Of a stretch of DNA of 64,000 bases, positions 27,801 through 41,400 are shown piece by piece. The stretch comes from the human T2T-CHM13v2.0 reference genome, Homo sapiens. Position numbers and translations under genes: made by a program. Location: NCBI RefSeq assembly GCF_009914755.1, contig NC_060933.1, one strand, 5' to 3'. Each line of letters begins with the position of its first letter. Position 1 is the stretch's first letter. The notes beneath the pieces were generated by a model that was not told the DNA's origin, made no database searches, and saw only the letters and a list, made by a program, of their open reading frames with translations.

Positions 27801-30800
27801 ATTATATTCCATTCCATTCGGGTTGTTTACATTCCATTCCATTCCATTCCACTCCATTCCATTGCAATCGGGTTGATTCCATTCCATTCCATTCCATTCC
27901 ATTCCATTCCATTCCATTGCGGATGATTCCATTCCATTGCATTCCATTCCATTACATTCCACTGCACTCGGGTTGATTCCATTCCATTCCATTCCATTCC
28001 ATTCGATTCCATTCCATTCCAATTCGTTCCATTCCATTCTATTCCGCACCATTCCATTCCATTCCATTCCATTCCATTCCATTCCAGAAGATTCCATTCC
28101 ATTGCATTTCATTCCATTCCATTCCCCTGCACTCGCGTTGATTCCATTCCATTCCATTCCATTCCATTTCATTCCGTTCCGTTCCGTTCCATTCCATTCC
28201 ATTCCATTCCATTCTATTCCATTCCGTTCCGTTCCATTCCATTCCATTCCATTCTATTCGGGTTAATTGCATTCCATTCCATTCTATTGCAATCGTGTTG
28301 ATTCCATTCCATTCCATCCCATTCTATTCCATTCCATTCCATTCCATTCCATTCCTTTCCATTCCTTTACGGATGATTCCATTCCATTTCATTCCATTCC
28401 ATTCCATTCCCCTGTACTCGGGTTGATTCCATTCCATTCCATTCCAATTTATTCGGGTTAATTCCCTTCCATTCTATTCCATTCCATTCCATTCCATTCC
28501 ATTGCAATCGAGTTGATTCCATTCCATTCCATTCCATTCCATTCCATTTCGTTCCAATCCATTCCGTTCTGTACCATTCCATTCCATTCCTTTCCATTCC
28601 ATTCCATGCCATTCCACTCAGGTTGATTCCATTCCTTTCCATTTCTTTGGTGTTGAATCCATTCCATTGCTTTCCTTTCCTTTTGATTCCATTCCATTAC
28701 ACTCTGGTTGACTCCATTCCATTCCCTTCCATTCAATTCCATTCCTTTCCATTCCATTCCATTGCATTCGGATTGATTCCATTCAATTCCCTTACACTCC
28801 ATTATATTCCATTCCATTCGTGTTGTTTACATTCCATTCCATTCCATTCCATTCTATTCGGGTTAATGCCATTCCATTCCATTCCATTCCATTCCATTCC
28901 ATTCCATTGCAATCGAGTTGAATCCATTCCATTCCATTCCATTCCATTCCATTCCATTCCGGAAGATTCCATTCCATTGCATTCCATTCCATTCCATTCC
29001 CCTGCACTCGCGTTGATTCCATTCCATTCCATTCCATTCCATTCCATTCCATTCCATTCCTTTCCATTCCTTTATGGATGATTCCATTCCATTGCATTCC
29101 ATCCCATTCCATTCCCCTGTACTCGGGTTGATTGCATTCCATTCCATTCCAATCTATTCGGGTTAATTCCATTCCATTCCATTCGATTACAATCGAGTTG
29201 ATTCCATTCCATTCCATTCCATTCCATTCCTTTCCATTCCATTACGGATGATTCCATTCCATTGCATTCCATTCCATTCCAATCCCCTGTACTCGGGTTG
29301 ATTCCATTCCATTCCATTCCAATCCATGCCATTCCACTCGTGTTGATTCCATTCTTTCCATTCCATTCAAGTTGAATCCATTCCATTGCATTCCATTCCA
29401 TTCCATTCCCCTGCAGTCAGGTTGATTCCATTCCATTCCACTCCATTCCATTCCATTCCATTCCATTCCATTCCGTTCCGTTCCATTCCATTCCATTCCA
29501 TTCTATTCGGGTTAATTCCATTCCATTCCATTCCATTCCATTCCATTCGATTCCAATCGAGTTGATTCCATTCCATTCCTTTCCATTCCATTCCGGATGA
29601 TTCCATTCCATTGCATTCCATTCCATTCCATTCCCATGCCCTCGGGTTGATTCCATTCCATTCCACTCCATTCCGTTGCATTCCATTCCATTCCATTGTA
29701 TTCGGCTTAATTCCTTCCATTCCATTCCTTTCCATTCCATTCCATTACAATCGAGTTGATTCCATTCTATTAGTTTCCATTCCATTCCATTCCCTTCCAT
29801 TCCAGTCTGGTTGATTCCATTCCTTTCCATTCCACTCGAATACATTCCCTCCTATTCCACTCGGAACGATTCCATTCCATTCCATTCCATTCCATTCCAT
29901 TCCATTCCATTCCATTCCATTACAATCGATTTGATTCCATTCCATTCCATTCCATTCCATTCCATTCCAGTCCTTTCCATTCCATTCCACTCGTGTTGAT
30001 TCCATTCCATTCCATTCCATTCCATTCCATTCCGTTCCGTTCCATTCCATTCCATTCCATTCCATTCCATTCCATTCCGTTCCGTTCCATTCCATTCCAT
30101 TCCATTCTATTCGGGTTAATTCCATTCCATTCCATTCTATTGCAATCGAGTTGATTCCATTCCATTCAATTCCATTCTATTCCATTCCATTCCTTTCCAT
30201 TCCATTCCTTTCCATTCCTTTATGGATGATTCCATTGCATTGCATTCCATTCCATTCCATTCCCCTGTACTCGGGTTGATTCCATTCCATTCCATTCCAA
30301 TCTATTCGGGTTAATTCCATTCCATTCCATTCCCTTCCATTCCATTCCATTCCATTCCATTCCATTCCATTCCTTTCCGTTCCATTCCATTCCATTCCAT
30401 TCCATTCCAATCCATTCCCTTCCGTTCCGTTCCATTCCATTCCATTCCATTCCATTCTATTCGGGTTAATTCCATTCCATTCCATTCCATTCGCTTGCAA
30501 TCGAGTTGATTCCATTCCATTCCATTCCATTCCATTCCATTCCATTCCTTTCCATTCCATTACGGATGATTCCATTCCATTGTATTCCATTCAATTCCAT
30601 TCCACTGTACTCGGGTTGATTCCATTCCATTCCATTCCAATCCATGCCATTCCACTCGTGATGATTCCATTCTTTCTATTCCATTCAAGTTGAATCCATT
30701 CCATTGCATTCCATTCCATTCCATTCCCCTGCAGTCGGGTTGATTCCATTCCATTCCATTCCATTCCATTCCTTTCCATTCCATTCCGTTCCGTTCCATT

Positions 30801-33535
30801 CCATTCCACTCCATTCTATTCGGGTTAATTCCATTCCATTCCATTCCATTCCATTCCATTCCATTCCATTCCAATCGAGTTGATTTCATTCCATTCCATT
30901 CCATTGATTCCACTCCATTCCAGTCCTTTCCATTCCATTCCACTCGGGTTGATTCCAATGTATTCCTTTCCATTCCATTCCATTCCATTGCAATCGAGTT
31001 GATTCCATTGCTTTGCATTCCATTCCATTCCATTCCGTTCCGAATGATTCCATTCCATTGCATTCCATTCCATTCTAATCCCCTGCTCTCGGGTTGCTTC
31101 CATTCCATTCCACTCCATTCCGTTCCATTCCATTCCATTCCATTGTATTCGGGTTAATTCCATTCCATTCCATTCCATTCCATTCCATTCCATTCCATTC
31201 CATTCCATTCCCCTGCACTCGCGTTGATTCCATTCCATTCCATTCCATTCCATTCCATTCCATTCTATTCCATTCCTTTCCGTTCCATTCCATTCCATTC
31301 CATTCCATTCCAATCCATTCCATTCCGTTCCGTTCCATTCCATTCCATTCTATTCGGGTTAATTCCATACCATTCCATTCGATTGCAATCGAGTTGATTC
31401 CATTCCATTCCATTCCATTCCATTCCATTCCTTTCCATTCCATTACGGATGATTCCATTCCATTGCATTCCATTCCATTCCATTCCGCTGTACTCGGGTT
31501 GACTCCATTCCATTCGATTCCAATCCATGCCATTCCACTCGTGTGGATTCCATTCTTACCATTCCATTCAAGTTGAATCCATTCCATTGCATTCCATTCC
31601 ATTCCATTCCCCTGCAGTCAGGTTGATTCCATTCCATTCCATTCCATTCCATTCCATTCCATTCCATTCCATTCCATTCCATTCCGTTCCATTCCATTCC
31701 ACTCCATTCTATTCGGGTTAATTCCATTCCATTCCATTCCATTCCATTCCAATCGAGTTGATTTCATTCCATTCCATTCCATTCCATTCCACTGCATTCC
31801 AGTCCTTTCCACTCCATTCCACTCGGTTTGATTCCAATGTATTCCTTTCCATTCCATTCCATTCCATTGCAATCGAGTTGATTCCATTGCTTTGCATTCC
31901 ATTCCATTCCATTCCATTCCGGATGATTCCATTCCATTGCATTCCATTCCATTCCATTCCCCTGCACTCGCGTTGATTCCATTCCATTCCATTCCATTCC
32001 ATTCCATTCCGTTCCGTTCCGTTCCGTTCCGATCCATTCCATTCCATTCCATTCCATTCCATTCCGTTCCGCTCCATTCCATTCCATTCCATTCTATTCG
32101 GGTTAATTCCATTCCATTCCATTCGATTGCAATCGAGTTGATTCCATTCCATTCCATTCCATTCCATTCCATTCCATTCCTTTCCATTCCATTACGGATG
32201 ATTCCATTCCATTGCATTCCATTCCATTCCATTGCATTCCATTCCATTCCATTCCCCTGTACTCGGGTTGATTCCATTCCATTCCATTCCAATCCGTGCC
32301 ATTCCACTCGTGTTGATTCCATTCTTTCCATTCCATTCAAGTTGAATCCATTCCATTGCATTCCATTCCATTCGATTCCATTCGATTGCAGTCGGGTTGA
32401 TTCCATTCCATTGCATTCCATTCCATTCCATTCCATTCCGTTCCATTCCATTCCATTACATTCGGATTGATTCTATTCAACTCCCTTACTCTCCATTACA
32501 TTCCATTCCATTCGGGTTGTTCCATTCCATTCCATTCCATTCCACTCCATTCCATTGCACTCGGGTTGATTCCATTCCATTCCATTCTATTCCATTCCAT
32601 TCCCTTCCTTTCCGTTCCGTTCCATTCCATTCCATTCCATTCCATTCCATTCCGTTCCGTTCCATTCCATTCCATTCCATTCTATTCGGGTTGATTCCAT
32701 TCCATTCCATTCGATTGCATTCGAGTTGATTCCATTCCATTCCATTCCATTCCATTCCATTCCATTCCTTTCCATTCCATTACGGATGATTCCATTCCAT
32801 TGCATTCCATTCCATTCCATGCCCCTGTACTCGGGTTGATTCCATTCCATTCCATTCCAATCCATGCCATTCCACTCGTGTTGATTCCATTCTTTCCATT
32901 CCATTCAAGTTGAATCCATTCCATTGCATTCCATTCCATTCGATTCCATTCGATTGCACTCGGGTTGATTCCATTCCATTATATTCCCTTCCATTCCATT
33001 CCATTCTATTCCGTTCCATTCCATTTCATTACATTCAGATTGATTCTATTCAATTCCCTTACACTCCATTATATTCCAATCCATTCTTGTTGTCTCCATT
33101 CCATTCCATTCCATTTCCCTCCATTCCATTGCACTCGGGTTGATTCCATTCCATTCCATTCCATTGCATTCCATTCCATTCCATTCCGGATGATTCCATT
33201 CCATTGCTCTCCATTCCATTCCATTCCTCTGCACTCGGGTTGATTCCATTCCATTCCATTCCATTACATTCCGTTCCGTTCCATTCCATTCATTTCGGAT
33301 TGATTCTATTCAATTCCCTTACACTCCATTACATTCCATTCCATTTGGGTAGTTTCCATTCCATTCCATTCCTTTCCTCTCCATTCCATTGCACTCGGGT
33401 TGATTCCATTCCATTCCATTCCATTCCATTACATTACATTACATTCCATTCCATTCCGTTCCATTGTATTCGGGTTGATTGCATTCCATTGCATTCCATT
33501 CCATTGCATTCCATTCCATTCCATTCCATTCCATT

Positions 33536-35415
33536 CCGTTCCATTGCATTCCATTACATTCGGATTGATTCTATTCAACTCCCTTACTCTCCATTACATT
33601 CCATTCCATTCGGGTTGTTCCATTCCATTCCATTCCATTCCACTCCATTCCATTGCACTCGGGTTGATTCCATTCCATTCCATTCCATTCCATTCCATTC
33701 CATTCCATTCCATTCCGGATGATTCCATTCCATTGCATTCCGTTCCATTACATACCCCTGCACTCGGGTTGATTCCATTCCATTCCATTCCATTCCATTC
33801 GATTCCATTCCATTCCAATTCTTTCCATTCCATTCTATTCCGTACCATTCCATTCCATTCCATACAATTCCATTCCATTCCATTCCACTCCGTTCCGTTC
33901 CGTTCCGTTCCGTTCCATTCCATTCCATTCCATTCTATTCGGTTTAATTCCATTCCATTCCATTCCATTCCATTCTATTCCATTCCATTGCAATCGAGTT
34001 GAATCCACTGCATTCCATTCCATTCCATTCCATTCCATTCCATTCCATTCCATTCCATTCCATTCCATTCCATTCCATTCCATTCCATTCCATTCCATTC
34101 CATTCCATTGTACTCTGGTTGATTCCATTCCATTGCATTCCATTCCATTCCATTGCATTCCATTCCATTGTACTCTGGTTGATTCCATTCCATTGCATTC
34201 CATTCCATTTCATTCCATTCCATTCCATTCCATTCCATTCCGTTCCATTCCATTCCATTACATTCGGATTGATTCTTTTCAACTCCCTTACTCTCCATTA
34301 CATTCCATTCCATTCGGGTTGTTCCATTCCATTCCATTCCATTCCACTCCATTCCATTTCACTCGGGTTGATTCCATTCCATTCCATTTCATTCCATTCC
34401 GGATGATTCCATTCCATTGCATTCCGTTCCATTACATTCCCCTGCACTCGGGTTGATTCCATTCCATTCCATTCCATTCCATTCCATTCCATTCCATTCC
34501 ATTCCGTTCCATTGCATTCCATTACATTCGGATTGATTCTATTCAACTCCCTTACTCTCCATTACATTCCATTCCATTCGGGTTGTTCCATTCCATTCCA
34601 TTCCATTCCACTCCATTCCATTGCACTCGGGTTGATTCCATTCCATTCCATTCCATTCCATTCCATTCCATTCCATTCCATTCCGGATGATTCCATTCCA
34701 TTGCATTCCGTTCCATTACATACCCCTGCACTCGGGTTGATTCCATTCCATTCCATTCCATTCGATTCCATTCCATTCCAATTCTTTCCATTCCATTCTA
34801 TTCCGTACCATTCCATTCCATTCCATACAATTCCATTCCATTCCATTCCACTCCGTTCCGTTCCATTCCGTTCCGTTCCATTCCATTCCATTCCATTCTA
34901 TTCGGTTTAATTCCATTCCATTCCATTCCATTCTATTCCATTCCATTGCAATCGAGTTGAATCCACTGCATTCCATTCCATTGCATTCCATTCCATTCCA
35001 TTCCATTCCATTCCATTCCATTCCATTCCATTGTACTCTGGTTGATTCCATTCCATTGCATTCCATTCCATTCCATTGCATTCCATTCCATTGTACTCTG
35101 GTTGATTCCATTCCATTGCATTCCATTCCATTTCATTCCATTCCATTCCATTCCATTCCATTCCGTTCCATTCCATTCCATTACATTCGGATTGATTCTT
35201 TTCAACTCCCTTACTCTCCATTACATTCCATTCCATTCGGGTTGTTCCATTCCATTCCATTCCATTCCACTCCATTCCATTTCACTCGGGTTGATTCCAT
35301 TCCATTCCATTTCATTCCATTCCGGATGATTCCATTCCATTGCATTCCGTTCCATTACATTCCCCTGCACTCGGGTTGATTCCATTCCATTCCATTCCAT
35401 TCCATTCCATTCCAT
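33536..35415 (+). repeat. Tandem duplication, ~0.92-0.97 kb period, each copy containing a nested 60-bp duplication
   Basis: CATACCCCTG at 33751/34719; GAATCCACTGC at 34001/34959; TTCACTCGGG at 34358/35281; TGTACTCTGGTTG doublet 60 bp apart in both copies. Confidence 0.9.
34011..34109 (+). repeat. Pure (CATTC)19 tract, the longest uninterrupted pentamer run I noticed
   Basis: 19 perfect CATTC units at 34011-34105 followed by CATT. Confidence 0.85.
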
Positions 35416-38400
35416 TCGATTCCATTCCATTCCCCTGCACTCGCGTTGATTCCATTCCATTCCATTCCATTCCATTCCATTCCATTCCATTCTATTCCAT
35501 TCCTTTCCGTTCCATTCCATTCCATTCCATTCCATTCCGTTCCGTTCCATTCCATTCCATTCCATTCTATTCGGGTTAATTCCATTCCATTCCATTCGAC
35601 TGCAATCGAGTTGATTCCATTCCATTCCATTCCATTCCATTCCATTCCATTCCATTCCATTCCATTCCATTACGGATGATTCCATTCCATTGCATTCCAT
35701 TCCATTCCATTCCCTGAACTCGGGTTGATTCCATTCCTTTCCATTGCAATCCATGCCATTCCACTCGTGTTGATTCCTTTCTTTCCTTTCCATTCAAGTT
35801 GAATCCATTCCATTGCATTCCATTCCATTCGATTCCATTCGATTGCACTCGGGTTGATTCCATTCCATTGCATTCCATTCCATTCCATTCCATTCCATTC
35901 CGTTCCATTCCATTTCATTACATTCAGATTGATTCTATTCAATTCCCTTACACTCCATTATATTCCAATCCATTCTGGTTGTTTCCATTCCATTCCATTC
36001 CATTTCACTCCATTCAATTGCACTCGGGTTGATTCCATTCCATTCCATTCCATTCCATTCCATTCCGGATGATTTCATTCCATTGCATTCCATTCCATTC
36101 CATTCCCCTGCACTCGGGTTGATTCCATTCCATTCCATTACATTACATTCCGTTCCATTACATTCCATTCCATTCGGATTGATTCTATTCAATTCCCTTA
36201 CACTTCATTACATTCCATTCCATTTGGGTAGTTTCCATTCCATTCCATTCCATTCCTCTCTATTCCATTGCACTCGGGTTGATTCCATTCCATTCCATTC
36301 CTTTCCATTCCATTCCATTCCATTGTACTCGGGTTGATTCCATTCCATTGCATTCCATTCCATTCCATTCCATTCCGTTCCATTCCATTCCATTACATTC
36401 GGATTGATTCTATTCAACTCCCTTACTCTCCATTGCATTCGATTCCATTCGGGTTGTTCCATTCCATTCCATTCCATTCCACTCCATTCCATTGCACTCG
36501 GGTTTATTCCATTCCATTCCATTCCATTCCGGAAGATTCCATTCCATTGCATTCCATTACATTCCATTCCCCTGCACTCGCGTTGATTCCATTCCATTCC
36601 ATTCCATTCCAATCCATTCCATTCCATTCCATTCCATTCCATTCCATTCCTTTCCGTTCCATTCCATTCCATTCCATTCCATTCCATTCCATTCCATTCC
36701 GTTCCGTTCCGTTCCATTCCATTCCATTCAATTCTATTCGGGTTAATTCCATTCCATTCCATTCGATTGCAATCGAGTTGATTCCATTCCATTCCATTCC
36801 ATTCCATTCCATTCCATTCCATTCCATTCCTTTCCATTCCATTACGGATGATTCCATTCCATTGCATTCCATTCCATTCCCCTGTACTCGGGTTGATTCC
36901 ATTCCATTCCATTCCAATCCATGCCATTCCACTCGTGTTGATTCCATTCTTTCCATTCCATTGAAGTTGAATCCATTCCATTGCATTCCATTCCATTCGA
37001 TTCCATTCGATTGCACTCGGGTTGATTCCATTCCATTGCATTCCATTCCATTCCATTTCATTCCATTCCATTCCTTTCCATTCCATTCCATTCCATTCCA
37101 TTCCATTCCATTCCATTCCATTCCATTGCAATCGAGTTGATTCCATTCCATTCCTTTCCATTCCATTCCATTGCATTGCATTCCACTCGGGTTGATTCCA
37201 TTCCCTTCTTTCCACTCCATTACATTCCCTTCCATTCCACTCGGAATGATTGATTCCATTCCATTCCATTCCATTCCATTTCATTCCATTGCAATCCATT
37301 CCAATCCATTCCATTCCATTCCATTCCACTCGAGTTGATTTCATTCCATTCCTTTCCATTCCATTCCATTCCTTTCCACTCGAGTTGATTCAATTCCATT
37401 CCATTCCATTGCATTCCATTCCATGCCATTCCACTCGGGTTGATTCCATTCCATTCCATTCCATTCCATTCCATTGCATTCCATTCCATTCCGTTCCATT
37501 GCATTGCATTCCATTCCATTCCCCTGCACTCGGGTTGATTCCATTCCATTCCATTCCATTTAATTCCATTCCATTCCTTTCCATTCCATTCCATTCCAAT
37601 CCGTTCCATTCCATTCCATTCCATTCCATTGCAATCGACTTGATTCCATTCCATTCCATTCCATTCCATTCCATTCCATTCAATTCCATTCCATTCCATT
37701 TTGTTCCAATCCATTCTATTCCGAACCATTCCATTCCATTCCATTCCATTCCATTCCATTCCATTCTATTCCATGCCATTCCACTCGGGTTGATTCCATT
37801 CCTTTCCATTCCATTCGTTTTGAATCCATTCCACTCCATTCCATTCCATTCGAATCCATTCCATTGCACTCGGGTTGATTCCATTCCATTCCATTCCATT
37901 CGATTCCATTCCATTCCATTCCATTCCGTTCCATTTCATTTCATTACATTCAGATTGATTCTATTCAATTCCCTTACACTCCATTATATTCCACTCCATT
38001 CTGGTTGTTTCCATTCCATTCCATTCCATTTCACTCCATTCCTTTGCACTCGGTTTGATTCCATTCCATTCCATTCCATTCCATTCCGGATGATTCCATT
38101 CCATTGCATTCCATTCCATTCCATTCCCCTGCACTCAGGTTGATTCCATTCCATTCCATTCCACTCCATTCGGTTCCGTTCCATTCCATTCTATTGCATT
38201 CCATTCTATTCGGGTTAATTCCATTTCATTCTAATTCATTCCATTCCATTCCATTCCATTGCAATCGAGTTGATTTCATTCCATTCCATTCCATTCCGGA
38301 TGATTCCATTCCATTGCATTCCATTCCATTCCATTCCCCTGCACTCGTGTTGATTCCATTCCCTTCCATTCCATTCCATTCCGTTCCATTCCATTGCATT

Positions 38401-41400
38401 CCATTCTATTCCGGCTAATTCCATTCCATTCCATTCCATTCCATTCCATTCCATTCCGTTCCATTCCATTCCATTCCATTGCAATCGAGTTGATTCCATT
38501 CCATTCCTTTCCATTCCATTAAATTGCCTTGCATTCCACTCGGGTTGATTCCATTCCCTTCTTTCCACTCCATTACATTCCCTTCCATTCCACTCGGAAT
38601 GATTGGTTCCATTCCATTCCATTCCATTTCATTCCATTGCAATCCATTCCAATCCATTCCATTCCATTCCATTCCACTCGAGTTGATTTCATTCAATTCC
38701 TTTCCATTCCATTCCATTCCTTTCCACTCGAGTTGTTTCCATTCCATTCCATTCCATTGCATTCCATTCCATGCCATTCCACTCGGGTTGATTCCATTCC
38801 TTTGCATTCCATTCCATTCCATTCCATTCCATTCCTTTCCATTCCAATTCTTTGCATTCCTTTCTATTCCGTACCATTCCATTCCATTCCATACAATTCC
38901 ATTCCATTCCATTCCACTCCGTTCCGTTCCGTTCCGTTCCGTTCCATTCCATTCCATTCCATTCTATTTGGTTTAATTCCATTCCATTCCATTCTATTCC
39001 ATTCCATTGCAATCGAGTTGAATCCATTGCATTCCATTCCATTCCATTCCATTCCATTCCATTCCATTCCATTCAATTCCGGAAGATTCCATTCCATTGC
39101 ATTCCATTCCATTCCATTCCATTCCATTCCATTCCATTCCATTGTACTCGGGTTGATTCCATTCGATTCCATTCCATTCCATTCCATTCCATTCCATTCC
39201 ATTCCGATCCATTCCATTCCATTACATTCGGATTGATTCTTTTCAACTCCCTTACTCTCCATTACATTCCATTCCATTCGTGTTGTTCCTTTCAATTCCA
39301 TTCCATTCCATTCCACTCCATTCCATTGCACTCGGGTTGATTCCATTCCATTCCATTCCATTCCATTCCGGATGATTCCATTCCATTGCATTCCGTTCCA
39401 TTACATTCCCCTGCACTCGGGTTGATTCCATTCCATTCCATTCCATTCCATTCGATTCTATTCCGTTCCCCTGCACTCGCGTTGATTCCATTCCATTCCA
39501 TTCCATTCCATTCCATTCCATTCCATTCCTTTCCATTCCAGTCCTTTCCATTCCATTCCACTCTGGTTGATTCCATTCTATTTGTTTCCATTCCATTCCA
39601 TTCCCTTACATTCCACTCTGGTTGATTCCATTCCTTTCCATTCCACTCGAATACATTCCCTCCTATTCCACTCGGAACGATTCCATTCCATTCCATTCCA
39701 TTCCATTCCATTCCATTCCATTCCATTCCATTTCATTCCATTTTGTTCCATTCCATTCTATTCCGTATCATTCCATTCCATTCCATTCCATTCCATTCCA
39801 TTCCATTCCATTCCACTCGTGTTGATTCCATTCCTTTCCATTCCATTCGGTTTGAAGGTATTCCATTCCATTCCATTCCATTCCATTCCATTCCATTCCA
39901 TTGTACTCGGGTTGATTCCATTCCATTGCATTCCATTCCATTACATTCCATTCCATTCCGTTGCATTCCATTCCATTACATTCGGATTGATTCTATTCAA
40001 CTCCCTTACTCTCCATTACATTCCATTCCATTCGGGTTGTTCCATTCCATTCCATTCCATTCCACTCCATTCAATTGCACTCGGGTTGATTCCATTCCAT
40101 TCCATTCCATTCCATTCCATTCCATTCCGGATGATTCCATTCCATTGCATTCCGTTCCATTACATTCCCCTGCACTCGCGTTGATTCCATTCCATTCCAT
40201 TCCATTCAATTCCATTCCATTACAATTCGTTCCATTCCATTCTATTCCGTACCATTCCATTCCATTCCATACCATTCCATTGCATTCCATTCCATTCCAT
40301 TCCGTTCCATTCCGTTCCATTCCATTCCATTCCATTCTATTCGGGTTAATTCCATTCCATTCCATTCCATTCCATTCCATTCCATTCTATTCCATTCCAT
40401 TGCAATCGAGTTGAATCCATTGCATTTCATTCCATTCTATTCCATTCCATTCCATTCCGGAAGATTCCATTCCATTGCATTCCATTCCATTCCATTCCCC
40501 TGCACTCGCGTTGATTCCATTCCATTCCATTCCATTCCATTCCATTCCGTTCCGTTCCGTTCCATTCCATTCCATTCCATTCCGTTCCGTTCCGTTCCAT
40601 TCCATTCCATGCCATTCTATTCGGGTTAATTCCATTCCATTCCATTCGATTGCAATCGAGTTGATTCCATTCCATTCCATTCCATTCCATTCCATTCCAT
40701 TCCATTCCATTCCTTTCCATTCCATTACGGATGATTCCATTCCATTGCATTCCATTCCATTCCATTCCCCTGTACTCGGGTTGATTCCATTCCATTCCAT
40801 TCGAATCCATGCCATTCCACTCGTGTTGATTCCATTCTTTCCATTCCATTCAAGTTGAATCCATTCCATTGCATTCCATTCCATTCGATTCCATTCGATT
40901 GCACTCGGGTTGATTCCATTCCATTGCATTCCGTTCCATTCCATTGCATTCCATTCCATTCCATTCCCTTCCATTCCATTCCATTACATTCGGATTGATT
41001 CTATTCAACTCCCTTACTCTCCATTACATTCCATTCCATTCGGGTTGTTCCATTCCATTCCATTCGGTTTGATTCTATTCAACTCCCTTACTCTCCATTA
41101 CATTCCATTCCATTCGGGTTGTTCCATTCCATTCCATTCCATTCCACTCCTTTCCATTGCACTCGGGTTTATTCTATTCCATTCCATTCCATTCCATTCC
41201 ATTCCATTCCATTCCATTCCATTCCGGAATATTCCATTCCATTGCATGCCATTCCATTCCATTCCCCTGCACTCGCGTTGATTCCATTCCATTCCATTCC
41301 ATTCCGTTCCATTCCTTTCCATTCCATTACGTTCCGTTCCGTTCCATTCCATTCCATTCCATTCTATTCGGGTTACTTCCATTCCATTCCATTCGATTGC

